This document shows positions 1 through 13,220 of a stretch of 64,000 nucleotides of DNA, in pieces (positions within the stretch are counted from its first letter, which is position 1; the number at the start of each line of letters is the position of its first letter). This DNA comes from Sphaerodactylus townsendi (lineage: Eukaryota). The notes below the pieces were generated by a model, which was not told where the DNA came from, searched no databases, and saw only the letters and a list, made by a program, of their open reading frames with translations. The position numbers and the translations under genes were made by a program. Location: contig NC_059430.1 in the NCBI RefSeq assembly GCF_021028975.2, forward strand, positions 49,662,001 through 49,726,000. Reading direction: 5' to 3'.

Positions 1-306
1 GAATATAAAATACTGTAAGTACATATGATCATAACACATCTATTATAATAATTATAAATACAATTATTATAAATTATAATAAAAACATTATAATATACAT
101 AAATTAACGTTAAAACATCAAGAAATTTATCTCATATGCTGATTAATCTAAAAAGAAACTGTTCTTACCCAACATATATGAATATGGTTCACAGAGTATC
201 CCTTCTTTTTTTTAGTAGCCTTAGCGTGCATAAAGTGTGAATCAGAGTAATAGTCTTTAATGTAGATAGATCACACCTGGGGGATAAACACCTCACCTGA
301 GAACCA

Positions 307-534
307 CTAAAGATAGCAACTAAAGTCTATATCCCTATTTAGACCTTTTCTCCAACTGTCCAACCGAAATATCCAGCGTGATTCCTGCTGCAAAAGAATT
401 CTTTTAACGTTCACTGTTTCATTTTGTCTCAGATTCAGAACATATAATACTATGAATTTGAAATCTCTGGGAGAATGATTATGTGTTATAAAATGTTCTG
501 TTAAAGGGACCTCAACACGCTGAGTCTTAATCAA
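307..534 (-). mobile_element. Penelope-like retroelement, C-terminal GIY-YIG endonuclease fragment
   Basis: ORF reads PLTEHF...NHSPRDFKFIVL...RILLQQESRWIFRLDS...GLNRD, matching the P..HF...H/E..WI..L...GLN signature of Penelope ORF ends. It is cut at its 5' side by the MITE at ~533. Confidence 0.85.
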
Positions 535-668
535 GTGGTGGGATTCAGCAGGTTCGCACCACTTCGGCAGAACCGATTGTTAAAATGGTGCTTGTAAACA
601 ACCAGTTGTTAAGTTATTTGAATCCCACCACTGGAACCGGTTGTTAAATTATTTGAATCCCACCACTG
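533..668. mobile_element. hAT-type MITE with duplicated right end
   Basis: TIR AGTGGTGGGATTCA...TGAATCCCACCACTG. Near-identical to the copy at 9547-9682. No matching TSD here. Confidence 0.8.
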
Positions 669-3151
669 GACATGGCTCTAGAAATGTGAATAGTGGAGGA
701 GTGGCATGATTACATTCTGGGTTATATGCAAAGCTGCCTTATATTAGGAAAGAGTGTCAGCAGTCAGTTTGTACAGCATGACCTGATAACTCTCATGCAC
801 TGAAGAAACAGCATGGGGGTTAAATAGAGCATTACTAAGGATCATTGGAGATCAATCTAAAACATTGTGGATAACCAGCTGGACTCTTCTCAGTCAAATA
901 CGGTGGGGAGAAAAATATATGGGTTCTGGATAGACCACAAGACTACTGCAAGGTGGTGCAAAAACAAACAACTCAGTTTTTGGCCCATCTGATCACCCAA
1001 CTTCATTTATCCCATGCAGGATTTTTTTTAGTGCTCCTGAAGACTTCTGTTCTGCCTTGCAAGCAGAGGGAGCAGGAAATCAAATACAGAAGAACACTTT
1101 TTGCGGGGAGGACATATTGCTGATTTTAGACCAAAAATGTCCATATTTTCCTGATGCAACTTGCCATCTTGAGCCTGCTCCTGCTTCCTCTTAGGGTCCT
1201 TGTAGAATAGGTTTATGTACACAGGAAGTCTGAATGCATCAAATTAGGAGACTGAATGCAAGTAGATTATGGTTTCAAATATTTTGAGTAGATTTCCTTG
1301 AGTAAGAACATTTATATTCAAAATACATTCCATTCTCTTTCTGTGCCAGAATATTACAAGTGCCAGTTTGCATTGGAATACAACTGTTTGTGCCATTCAA
1401 TGCAACCCTAACCAGAGTCTACATCCTTCATAACCCCTTTTTTTGCCAGGTCTCATTCTAGTAAGGAAATTATCTAGATCCTTCTTGTTCTGGATGTAGC
1501 TGCCTCAGCATCCTCCAAAGAATGAAAGATTATTGGAGAGATAGCAGAAGAGGAAGAGGCCAGGAAAGGTAGAGTAATTTTGCTAAACATATCAGATGGG
1601 AAAGACTGATTGCTAGGTTTGGTAAATAGAATAACTAATTTCCTTTGCTTCTTGCAAGAATACCAATAATCAATTTTAAATTAATCCAAGATCGGTTTTA
1701 TCTCCCTCCAACCTTCTTCGTCTACTAGCCAATGAAAGGAGCATTCCTGAGGCTGTGCCATTGGACTTTGGAGAATATGTACATTTAATCTCACAGCTAG
1801 CAGTCTTCTGGCTTTGCTGTAATTGTTCTGTCTTGGTAAATTATGTTGCTGCCAAGTTGTAAGATTCTGAATCTGAGTGAATGTTATGCACTTGAATGTC
1901 CCAAGAGTGTAATGCTATGTGTAATTGGGGGGGGGGGGGGGGGCATGAAATTACCTATAGAGAGAAACAGTTTGGTTTTGAGGGTCACAGTGCTGATTTC
2001 AGAACAATCATGTACATGACTTCTAGATGTACATGCCTTCTTGCAGGGCTGCTGCCTGTGAAATGCACAAAGGTTTTCAGACAGGTTCACATGCTTCTAG
2101 AAATCTGTCCTTTTACAGAGCTGTGTACATTTATTCAATCAATCATGTTTACAACTAAGGTCAAAACTACTCCTTATATGAGAGACTCATGACCTTCCCC
2201 AGTGTGCATGTTCACTTAAGTGCAGTTTTGGAATCCCTGAATTCTATCAATGACACTGACTAAGGTGGGGTCTGATCCTCTTCCCCTGGATCACATTTCT
2301 GATCTAAGTAACTCCCTAGCTATACTTCCCCAGCTGGAGAAAAAGGTAGGTTTTCTAATGGGCCATCAGCAGTTTGGGAGAAAGGAAATGTAAAGAAGGA
2401 TAGAGAAGTAGACTGGAAAGATGTTCCTGCTACTTCTGAATAGTTTGGATATGTGCAGACATAGCTCAACATTTACTGTCAAACAGACTTCTACAACCAC
2501 TCTTGAAGGACAGCAAGAAGGCAATACATTAATAAAAAATTGATTAATTTCTGAGGAGTGTGGGAAAGACACCTGTGCTCTGTTCCTTTCTTTGCCTGTC
2601 ATAATCCTTATCTTGATGCCTATTTTGTTTTCACAAAAAAGTTAATCTCTCCCCCCACCCCTAAAGTACCTTTACATGAAAGGATTCTTCAGTAGAAATA
2701 AAAGTTTATATTTGAAACGGAGATAATTTGTCATAGCTGTATTTAATTTTGCAAGTCCTGGTTTCATGTTCTCTGAGAAATGACAGGTGTCTTTCCTTTA
2801 TGCCACTGCAAGCTTGGAGCTTTAAGGTTCGTGCCAAGAAAAAAGCAATTAAAAAATTTCCTGTCTAAGATATTGTGTCTCTCTTTAATACTTCAAATGT
2901 GCTGGGCTCAGACAGAGGTGTGAAATGTTTGAGAGCCATCAAGAAATGCTTTACGGTTGCTTGCTGTGAGTGATACCAGACACCTCCCAGAACAGGCATT
3001 CCCTTGCTTACTTCCCCTGTTCTCTGATTTATCATTTTGGCATAGCTGAGATGGAATCATGAGACAGTCATCACAAGAGCTTCCTATTTACACAGGCTTC
3101 CTCTTTCTTTTTAGTGATATCAGGGAGCGGGGTGGGGAAGCAGCTTTAGTA

Positions 3152-3217
3152 CATATCTATATATGCACTATATACGTATATACATATACATATATATACA
3201 TATACACACATACACAT
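3152..3217. repeat. (TA)/(CA)-rich microsatellite
   Basis: Run of tatata/catata/cacaca directly visible. Confidence 0.85.
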
Positions 3218-3806
3218 AGGAGAAATGTGTGTGGAATTTTTTTGTATGCAGTTTTTGGTTTTGGCAAACAGAGTGGCTAAAAGGATGAGATATGATCTGA
3301 GAGGTCCCTGGTTCAAATGAGTCCACAAATTAATTAACTGGCCTTATACAAACCAACCTTGACATCTGCAATACAGAGAAAACGACACTGGACTACCCTA
3401 CAGGATCACTGAAGGGCCTGCAAACTGGATAAATTTTTGCCTTCATGAGAGCAGAAAAATGAGGTATACACTCTGTAAAATAAAAAAAAAATAATGTATG
3501 GAAAGTGTTTTGAACACTGAAATATTCTATAATGTCAAGTATCCATATATCTAATCCCCAACATGACCATATATGTGAATATTTAAACTCAGGGATTGGA
3601 GCCTTGAACAGACATGACTTTCTATGAACCTGAAAAAAAGCCCCATGTTTGCGGCAAAATCTGAGAACTAAAAACAAGCAAAAAAACCCATTAGGGTGGT
3701 TAAAACCCTTCAAAATGATAGAAGCAGGACTTATAGATTTAAGGAATGAATGCCTTCAGTGCCTGTTGCTAGGCAACCACAACAGTATACTAGCCATTGA
3801 GTCTTT

Positions 3807-4339
3807 GGCCCTTTCCACATGGGCCAGGGAAGCGGCTCCACACCGGTATAAATGATACTGGTGCAGCCCCGGGGCCATTTGCACGCTCCCTGTGAGAGCG
3901 GCCCCAGAATTTCTGTGGCTCACGGAGGCACCTCCATGTGGAGGTGGATCCGTTCCCCCTCAAACTTACTTTCTCTTCCCTGCACAACTCTATAGGGACA
4001 AGGGGACATGCCCCTAGTCGTGGCAACACCTTATTTATTTGTTTATTTATTATATTTATATATCGCCCTCCCCAAAGGCTCAGGCTCTATCCTTGGCTCT
4101 ATCCTTGGGGGGTGGAGGGCAGGAGGTGTGTCCCCTCGTCCCCGCAGAACTGCACAGGGAAGAGAAGGTAAGTTTTGGGGAAAAACGATGCGCCTAAAAG
4201 TGGTGCCTCCAACCCAGTGCCATTCAAAAACAGCGTTTCCCCATCAGTTGCCGGGGCACGGCAGCTGTGTAAAATGCTCCCCCAGAACGGTGTTTTTACC
4301 ATTCTTGGGGTGCTGTTTTTGACTCATGCGGAGTGGGCT
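3807..4339. mobile_element. Harbinger-like non-autonomous DNA element with internal antisense LINE/SINE tail
   Basis: Imperfect TIRs GCCCTTTCCACATG / CATGCGGAGTGGGC. The same terminus type occurs at 63787. Internal (TTTA)n...cgccctcccaaaggctcagg tail at ~4031-4085. Confidence 0.55.
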
Positions 4340-4519
4340 TTGGTTTCTTTTAATAAAAGACAGAGGCAGGGCTATTTATAGGGCTGTTTCAGCCTTTCAA
4401 GGAGAACTCATTGGGATCAGGCCAACAGCAACTACTGGGCTACTTGCTGCCACATGACTAGCATATCTCACCCATGCCCAGCTGCTTGTTACTGTTCATA
4501 AGTTGCCACTGAACAAAAG

Positions 4520-4733
4520 CCAGTGGGGTATAGCACTTACAGACCTAGATTTGAATCCTGAATCTGTTATGGATGATCACTCTGTTATGGGTGATTTTAG
4601 GACAGTCCTACACTTTCAGCCTAACCTACTTCACATGGTTGTTGTGAGGATAAAACGTAAGTAAGAAGAATGATATAAACTGCTTTGGGTTTGTATTGTG
4701 GAGATAGGTGGGATATAAAGAAATGAGTAAGAA
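4520..4733 (+). mobile_element. Degenerate tRNA-derived SINE with CORE/L2-type tail
   Basis: B-box-like gatttgaatcc; cagcctaacctacttcacatggttgttgtgaggataaaa motif shared with other copies in the window. Confidence 0.7.
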
Positions 4734-4769
4734 ATCTAGCTGAAGATGGGGTAGATAAATAGTGAGTGA

Positions 4770-5227
4770 TGTTGGAAGAGAAGGAATTTATACTGTTTCC
4801 TGCCTCAACCACAGATGGGTTTTTACTAGTAAGCCAGATGCTAGATAGGGGCCTAGGGATTGACACCTTAACTCTATCATGCTGGCACTATCCCTTTGAT
4901 GTGAGACTGATACTCTCAGGGACTTCCTTCCGGCTCACTCTCTCTCGCTCGCTCTCCTTCTTGCTCTCTAACCTTCTACAGCATCATGTGTGTAGCGAGG
5001 AGGGATGCTGAGTGCATCTATCCCCATCCAGCTAGATTAGATTAGATTAGTGAACCTATCTATCTACCTTTCTATCCAGAATGGAGTTCGCTAATAAATA
5101 CTCTTTTTATTAGATTAGAAACTACAAACGACTCTGACTTTTCTTTGTGCCAAAGCTCACACACATGTTTGGGAGATACTTTCACTGTGCTCCAATCTCC
5201 TGTTGCAAAGCTCATCCATACACAACA
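4770..5227 (+). mobile_element. Possible solo LTR
   Basis: TGTTG...CAACA termini, AATAAA at ~5093, internal (TAGAT)n and CT tract. No TSD found. Confidence 0.4.
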
Positions 5228-5399
5228 ATTTGTGGTTAGTATATCAGTATTCTATAGATAGAACTTGTGTATCTTTATCTTTCCTCACATATTCTATCCA
5301 TAAATGCCAATTCATCTCATATGTTTTGAATGGCAAATTGCGTAATTGGTGGCTTATTCTGTCAATCATATGTAGATGTTGTACTTTTTGCTTTCAATC

Positions 5400-6020
5400 G
5401 TAGGTATGCTTCCAGATTTCCAAACTTGGGCCAATACGATTTTCGCTTCCATGATCATATGTTGCAGAATGTGCATGTGCGGTTTTAGCTCATGATCTTT
5501 ACAAAATGAAGATCCTAAAAATAATTTACAGGATTTAATGGGAAATCATGTTTTATTACCCGCTCAATTTCTAATCTCTTTCCAATATTCACTTATCTTG
5601 GAGCAAAACCACCAAACATGTTCAAAAGTTCCATTCTCTATCCAGCATTTCCAGCAAAGAGGTGAGGCTGTTTTATTTATCTTTGACAGGATCACTGGTG
5701 TAGTATAATTCCTATAAAACATCTTTAAGTTGTACTTCCAGTTGTCCGTATTTGATGTATATTTATAAATGTTTTTCCAACATATGTTCCACTCATCCAG
5801 CATTATTATTTCCCCCCAAGCCTCCGCATTTCCCCCCTAACCCTCGCCCATTCAATCATACAGGTTTGTATTAGTTCTTCTTCCACCTTTTGTTCCAGTA
5901 ATATTTTATACATAGAACTCATTGTTTTCATTATGTTAATTGTTAGAACTCTTTTGTTTCCTAGTTGTTAGTGTTTGTTTCTTAGTTGCATGTTCTCTGT
6001 ATGCCCCATAATCCACCAAC
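5400..6020 (-). mobile_element. L1-clade LINE, 3' part of ORF2 (zf-RVT/CCHC region)
   Basis: ORF 5564-5803 reads KMFYRNYTTPVILSKI...LCWKC...GTFEHVWWFCSKISEYW, typical of non-mammalian L1 ORF2 C-termini. Boundaries are approximate. Confidence 0.85.
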
Positions 6021-6909
6021 ACTGCCAGGGCTTTACTTCACAGACATGACTTTCCTCCTCACACCCCTAGATAAATGAGATGGGCAGCCCAAGTGAGCCC
6101 TCCTGGGTGTTGCTCTTTCTTCCTGTTGTGTTGAATCCTGCACGGCCGCATGCCATCCTGCCAGCTTTCCTCTTCCTTTCCTCCTCCTTCCAGCTCCCCT
6201 TTGCGGGTTCTGCTTACCGTTTGAGCCCACAGGTCATAGGCTTGAACCCTGTTTCCTGTCGGTAGTGCTGAGCAGCTTCTGGCTGGGACAGTCGGAGTGC
6301 CAGTTTTGGGAGGGGTAATTGTTGTTAAAAGTAACGGTTGGGAGAGGAGAGAATTAATTCTTTCCTTATCTAGTGGCATAGCCCCAGTCTAACAGCCAAA
6401 CAAAATACTTTGAATTCCAGTCTCAGGAATCCAACTAAGTGTTTACTTTGGTTGAGAGTCTGAGGGCCAGCCCAGATAAGATGCTAGGAGTTCTGTGGAT
6501 TTCTGGTGTTTTATTTTAATTGCTAATGCATGGGCCATTGATTCAGCTCAAGCTTACAGTTGGGGGCTAAGGGGAGTTAAAATTTATCCATTGCCATTTT
6601 CGCTACCTTAAATGATGCCATGGGGCTGAAATCTATCCTTGGAAAATGGGTTCCGATATGGGTCTTGGGCAAATTAGACTGAACAAATCCAGTCCTGTGT
6701 GCTCTTGAAATGATGCATGTTCTCACCAAAAGAATTTGCTTCACAAATGTAGGTTACTTTATTTACTGGAAGACTCTGAAGCAGTGCTTGCAAAGAGTAC
6801 ATTTTCCCACTGACTGGGGGCCATCAATTTATTCTTCTTGAGCATCCTTTCCTTCAAATATATCAGTTTACATTGGGGAGCAGCGAAGTGAAATATTCAC
6901 TTGTATTAA

Positions 6910-6994
6910 CAATGCAATCCTTAGTGCAATTACACCTAATCCTATTGATTTCTATGGACCCAGAAGGGTATAACTCTCTATAGGATTGCCCTGT
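6910..6994. mobile_element. Short palindromic MITE (GCAATCCT...AGGATTGC family)
   Basis: acaatgcaatcct...aggattgccctgt inverted ends. A related decayed copy lies at ~54131-54215. Confidence 0.55.
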
Positions 6995-9546
6995 ACATCT
7001 TTCTAAAGGCACACAATAAAAGATTAGGACAAGTGGAACCCTCTGCCAAATCTGGTGTCAAAGCCAGCCGTATATACCAGGTCCAGAAAGGAAAAAAAGG
7101 CAGTTAACACAGGCTTAGGGTACTTGATGTTTCCAGTTCAAGGACTGCATATGGCTAGCTACCAGATACCTCTGAAAGAAATCCCAGAAATCCCAGATAT
7201 AGCTGCAATTCTGTGCCATCAGATCCAGGCACCACTGAGGGGACAGTTCATTTAGCTGCCCTAGATTTAATTCCTTTAGCATTTGTCCATATACTCCACT
7301 GGTTAATTACTACTATTTGTACTACTAATCACTACTGCCAATGCTTCTCCATCTTCCCTACCCATCACACAATCTACATGGTGAAATTGTCATGTCCCTA
7401 GTGTGGCCAGGAACTTGTTGGGAGAGAACATGAATGCCTTTTCAGCGGCATTCCCACAATTATAAAATAACCTCCCCAGAGAGGGGTATCCTTACAATTC
7501 TTAGGACGTAACAGAAGACAGATTTATTTAGGGCTGCATTTAATTAAAGGGGTCCTAAACTGTGCTTTTTAAATTTTGGTTTTGTATATTTTATGTATAT
7601 TGTAAGCTGCCTTGAGCTCCATAAAGACAGCTGAGATGAGTTTTGAGAAGGGGGTGGGGATCAACTGATATCTGCTGAATCCCATGCCAAAGGGATACAG
7701 CTGTGAAACAACCTGGATACTTATTGGACAGCACTAGGAATGGAGTTCTAAATGCATTGGTTGAATGGTGTTGCCAATTCTTCCTTCTAGCAAGATTCTT
7801 GGGCCTTTGAAAGTTGACATCACAGACATATGACTGGGAAATAAAACAGAACAGCTTTTTTAAAGTATCTTATTAGATAGTTACTAAAAGACACAGATTA
7901 TTTTCATGAATCAGGGAAAATTATGTACAAAGTCTCAGAGCCAGACAGATCCCATGCCAACTTTCCCCAAAAACAAACAATTAAAATAAGTATTCTGGAA
8001 CCCATTACAGTCTGTGTTCAACTGTATCCATACATTTCCTACTTGCTTAAAAAAACATGGATGGACCAGCAGAAGCAGAGAGAGGCAACAGATTATTTCT
8101 TCAGAGTCCATCACTATTACTACCTTTGCTAAGTAGACAAATAGCCCATATGGCGCTAAGTGACAAACTTTCAACCAAGAGTTGGGACAGGAAAGCCAGT
8201 TGATGATGCAAGTGCAGGCTACAGCTTGTGCCGAGCCAAGTTTTGAGCTTCCTTTTAACACAGTAATGAGTAGTAATGCAGATAGAGGCTAGAATTGAAA
8301 GGACCAAGTTGTGTACAAAGCTCTTTTGTCAGAGGAGACCATAGAACATACCTGAGAAATGTTAGGCTCCTTCTCAAATTACAGGAATGTCTGGAATTTC
8401 AACATGCTTTACTTTGTGAGAAGAAACCTGCCTCTGAACTTTATCTGCTTCACATCAAGGTTAGTGACAAAATCTCTGTGTATTTTCCTAAGATCAGGTT
8501 CACAGAGAGGAAGGAAGTTAATAGGTGCTTTGCATTTCACCCTCATGGTATGTTTCTTCCCTCATATAAGGTGACTGCAGCTTCAGCTAACAACTTGTAA
8601 CATTACCTCATTTTGCTGTGTCATGAAGTACAGAAAGAGTGCAAAATATAGAGCTAGAAAGTTTGGAAGGGCCAGTGTCATGTGTCTTACCGAGATAAGA
8701 AGGTAAAAAGGAAACTAGTGCAGGATACTGGTGTAAATTAATTCACTGTAATGAGGTCTCTTATGCTGACTTGCTGAGTGGAGAGAAATGGCATTTCAGT
8801 GGAACAGTGAACAAGGAGATATACGATGCAGAGTTAACTTTTAGCGGTTTTGGGGCAAGTCACCCATTCCCCACTCATTTCAGAGAAACTATTTGTTCCC
8901 TTTACCTTGAAAAAAACTCCACTTTTTCCCCAAGAGCATCACTACTCTAGTGGGGCTGAAACCCCCATCTGGAAAATACTATGACCTTCATTTGGGGTTT
9001 TCCTCTTCCAAGTCACCTGTAAATTGCTTGTAATAGCCATCATTCCTTTATTGTGTGTTTTCCTGTTAACAGACAGTGCATTTCCAGAATGGGACTCAAC
9101 CCCACCTTTGCAGAAAGGTTAGGAATTTGATAAGCAGAGGACTCCTACTTAGAATTGCCAGGCCACAGCCTGCAACAATTGGAAATAATTGTGTGGGGAG
9201 TCTGGCATACACTGGTATACATATGCCACGAGATTGTAGCATTTCACAAATACTTTTTTTGGTGGAATGTTAGGGTATCTCATGTCTTCTCTGGTTTAAA
9301 GTCATCAAGCCTTTCCTTCCCACAGTTCCACCCATCCCCCTTGACGTCCCCCCCAGGCCTGGCAAAAGCTCTTTGCAGCCAGCTGAACTAAGGTAAGTGG
9401 GAGGGGGTGAGGTACCACAGAAGTGGACATGGGGGCCCGCGGGGAGGTCTGGGTCCTGGTGCCATTTTGTCCTGGGTGCCGTTTGCCCCCCCATGCCACT
9501 GCCAATCCCGGCTGCCTTTTCAGTCCAAAGACTACATAGTTGTACT

Positions 9547-9682
9547 CAGTGGTGGGATTCAGCAGGTTCACATCACTTCGGCAGAACTGGTTGTTGAAAT
9601 GGTGCTTGTAAACAATCAGTTGTTAAATTATTTGAATCCCACCACCGGAACCGGTTGTTAAATTATTTGAATTCCACCACTG
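9547..9682. mobile_element. hAT MITE with perfect 8-bp TSD
   Basis: TIR CAGTGGTGG(G/A)ATTCA; TSD GTTGTACT at 9539-9546 and 9683-9690. Confidence 0.92.
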
Positions 9683-9721
9683 GTTGTACTCAACTGGGCC
9701 TGCTAATTACAACAAAATATT

Positions 9722-10442
9722 CCGTATATATTCGCGTATAAGTCGAGTTTTTCAGCCCTTTTTGGGTGCTGAAAAAAGCCCCCCTTGACTTATATGCGAG
9801 TCAGCCCCCAGCCCTTCCACCTTTCCCACCCACAACCCTTGCTAGGGCAGCCTGCGGGGGCTCCCTGCTCACCTTCACGTGTGCAGAGTCAGTTTGCAGA
9901 AGGTCTTGTGGGGTGGTGTGTCACAGCTCGGTGCCACAGCTGCCAAGCGCCTCGCTGTCTCCTCCCCGCAGGCTGGGACAAACCAGGCGGGGGCTGCAAG
10001 CATGCGCAGTCGGACTGGTGCTGCCCAGGGAAGGAGGCTGGCTGGTGGTGGGACAAACCAGGTGGGGCTGCATGCGCTGTGACAAACCAGGCGGGGGCTG
10101 CAAGCGTGCGCATGCTGGTGCTGCCCGGGGAAGGAGGCTGGCTGGTGGTGGGACAAACCAGGCAGGGGCTGTGCATGCACACAGTCAGGCTGGTGCTGCC
10201 CGGGGAAGGAGGCTGGCTGGTGGTGCTTGGGAGTGAGTTGCTGGCTGGCCGGCTGGGAGACACGCGTGGTGTAGGAAAATAGATGGAGGGCGAGCATCTA
10301 TTTTTATTTTTGAAATTTACCAGTAGCTGCTGCATTTCCCACTCTTGACGTATACGTGAGTCAATAAGTTTTCCCAGTTTTTTGTGGTAAAATTAGGTGC
10401 CTAGATTTATATGCTGGTCGACTTATACACGAGTATATATGA
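9722..10442. mobile_element. Tc2/mariner-type non-autonomous DNA transposon
   Basis: TIR CCGTATATATTCGCGTATAAGTCGA...TCGACTTATACACGAGTATATATG, with subterminal GACTTATA motifs. Confidence 0.85.
9975..10235. repeat. ~75-bp GC-rich tandem repeat (about 3 copies plus a partial) inside the Tc2 element
   Basis: Unit ggacaaaccaggcgggggctgc...ctggtgctgcccggggaaggaggctggctggtggtg is repeated. It explains the overlapping ORFs at 9766-10335. Confidence 0.85.
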
Positions 10443-11593
10443 AGTAGTTTTTCTTTCCTTTCCTTTTTTTGAGAAGATACCTTCATAGCTTTGCAGACAC
10501 AAATATGAGAATCTTAGCTGCTCAGAAGACCTGACTACCTCCCATCGAGGTAGATCAGAGCCTGCACATCAAACATTCTGGGACAACCTTCAGCAAAATG
10601 GTGACAGAGAGAATCCCTTCGACTGCACACAAAATGTTGGGTGCAAGCTGAGAATGACACTGACCAGAGAGCAAAATGGTTGGGAAATGTAAGACGCCTC
10701 CTGAACTCTGCACTCCGCACAGTCACGCAGGTGACATCTTGCAGGTGGCTTAGGGAAAAAGATGCATTTTTAAAATATATATTTTTATTTTCTCAACATA
10801 TAAGACCATGAAAAGAAATAACAATAAACATAAACACTTTCACACCTTACCACACCATACAAAACATAAAAAAGAAAAGCAAGAAAAAAGATTAAAGAAA
10901 GCAAACAAATTCCAAATAATGACTTCCCGTTGTCTCATTATTGACTTCTAATCCATACAAGGTTCATGCCTCTTATTAAAATAAAACATCATATCAGTTA
11001 CACTCTATATCATTTTAATATACTATTTCACCCTGCTGTTTCCTTTTAACTCTCAAATCCTGCTCAGCTATGTAATGCATAGAGAAATTTCTAGCTGAGC
11101 CCATTCAGGTGTTTCCTACTCAAGAGCAACCCTTTATGAGGGACCCATAAGAAGTTTACAAAACATGTAATCAAACTGGGCAAAAAGGGCTCTGGGAAAT
11201 GTGTGCTAGAAGCCCTTTCAATACATAAATAATATGTGGAAAAGCATTCATTTTAAGCATGTTAATTCTACCCCAGATTGGGTTACCAACCTCCAGGTTG
11301 TGGCTTGAAATCTCTGTTAAGAGTATTTGGCATCCAATGCTTGTTTGAGTTTTGTAGGAGCAATACTACTGGCATCCTTGGGATAATGCTGAGCAGCTGC
11401 CTAATTGAAGTGACCTTTGCCAGCTGCTTAATTGGGGCTTGGCTTCTACATTCTTCTACCTACTGCTACTATTGCTACCTCTCTCTTCATTCATGCACCT
11501 AACTGTGTATGACTCTTCTTCCTAATATTGCTGAGTATGTTTTATGCTAGTGCTTGTGCACTCTAGTTTTTTTACTGCTTTCTTTTGTATATA

Positions 11594-11825
11594 CCCTGTT
11601 TCCCCGAATATAAGACATCCCCGGAAAATAAGATGTAGTAGACATTTTGCTGAAGTGTGAAATATAAGGCATCCCCCAAAAGTAAGACGTAGCAAAGTTT
11701 TTGTTTGGAAGCATGCCTGACGAACAGAATACAGAAATATAAGACATCACCTGAAAATAAGACATAGTGCATCTTTGGGAGCAAAAATTAATATAAGACA
11801 CTGTCTTATATTCAGGGAAACACGG
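11594..11825. mobile_element. Tc2-like MITE with TA TSD
   Basis: TA|CCCTGTTTCCCCGAATATAAGACA...TGTCTTATATTCAGGGAAACACGG|TA; internal repeated AATAAGAC motifs. Confidence 0.88.
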
Positions 11826-11959
11826 TATGTTTTGTAGACTGCTTTACCTTTTTAAACTCTATGTAAAAAGAAGTAACTTTCTGAACAACTCTGCTGCATG
11901 TATCATTCAACAGCTAAGCAAATCTTCTATCAGGTTTTGCACTCAGGTTCTATCAATCT

Positions 11960-12130
11960 CATCTATTACAACTGATCTTCAGGCAATAGAGATTAGTTCA
12001 CCTGGAGAAAATGGAAGGTGGATTCTGACACTATATCCCACTGAAGTCCCTCCACTCTGCAAACTCCACCTTCCTTCAGATCCACCCCCAAATCTTCAGG
12101 TATTTCCCAACCCAGAGCTGGCAACTCTTA
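11960..12130. mobile_element. Fragment of hAT-like MITE (GGTTGCCAGCTCTGGGTTGG terminus)
   Basis: Ends in ttcccaacccagagctggcaac. Homologous to 62163-62403. Confidence 0.65.
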
Positions 12131-12481
12131 CCCAAATACTCATGGGCACATCTATTGAGATCTTAGGAAAGTTGTTTTAGAATCCACTTTATATTAATTG
12201 AACTATAGAACAGGAGCTCTTGGAGCAATACGGCCATGATACCCGAATAATTCAGTAGCAAAATTAAATAGCCATAGGTTGCAAATATCAGATGACACTG
12301 GTCCTTCCAAAGACAGAGAATGAGATTTATTCCAGTTAATGGGGCATTCTGATGTTGCCCCAAATACAGTGATAAGTTTAATTGATTCTGGTAATGGTTG
12401 CTCAGACTCAAACAGCAGAACTAAAGCAAGCAATGCTACATGGTTTAACCACAGAATTTGGGTGAATCCTAGAGTGTAGTG

Positions 12482-12669
12482 CAGAGGTGAAGCATGGGGA
12501 AACTCTTCCCCGGGCATGTGTGTGCCCCTGTGGTGGTGGCCCCCGCCCCCGCCACGTCCCAGAATGCCCCCAGAATCCCGCCACCATGCCCCCTCCGTGG
12601 CCTGGCCACGCCTCAACTGTAGCTCCGCCTGGGGCATCACCCTTCTGTCCCGTTGGTGCTACGCCACTG
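12482..12669. mobile_element. hAT MITE (CAGTGGCGTAGC-type TIR) with perfect 8-bp TSD
   Basis: CAGAGGTGAAGC...GCTACGCCACTG; TSD GTGTAGTG at 12474-12481 and 12670-12677. Confidence 0.88.
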
Positions 12670-13220
12670 GTGTAGTGCCAACATGATATGACTCCCAGCT
12701 TTGACATGAGAGTGGCATAGTATGTTGGTGCAATATGGAAGAGCCTCTCTTTTTCTTGCCTGTCTGTCAAGCAATAGTAGAGAATGGACCTGGCGAGATG
12801 TGGATCATGTTGGCCATCATACCAACATCAGAACTTGGAACAAGAAACTTGCCTTTCCCTAGTCTAGGGACTGCTATCAGAGAATTCTTTTTATCTCTGA
12901 GTATCTGTGGTACTCTGGGAGAAGCCATAATAGTTAACTTGATATATAATTTCTTTTATTTTTATCTTCAATTAATCAGTCATTTGGCCATATACCCCAA
13001 TATGTCTGTAGTAGATTTAGCTATAAATTTAGGCTAATGGCTCCAAATTTATGAATGTGACTGACTAGCAGTATTTATTCAAAAGACCCAAATACCACAC
13101 AGCCTTTTCCAAATGAAAAATGCTTAAAAAATAATTGCTGAGGCTATTTTTTCAAGAATGTGTTGCTATGACTTTGTTTTTAAGTAATTTACTCAAGACA
13201 TTTGTGGAAATTATCCTGAT

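Noticed and set aside
1028-1230. Possible terminal minus-strand exon (LPVYINLF...SLQEH*)
   Set aside because: Weak acceptor, no homology, and cannot be linked in frame to the upstream candidate.
8124-8408. Further minus-strand exon-like segments beyond the TAA
   Set aside because: In-frame stops in all frames of 8408-8352, and the implied intron is only ~62 nt.
9766-10335. Overlapping 140-165 aa ORFs on both strands
   Set aside because: They arise from the GC-rich tandem repeat inside a Tc2 element.
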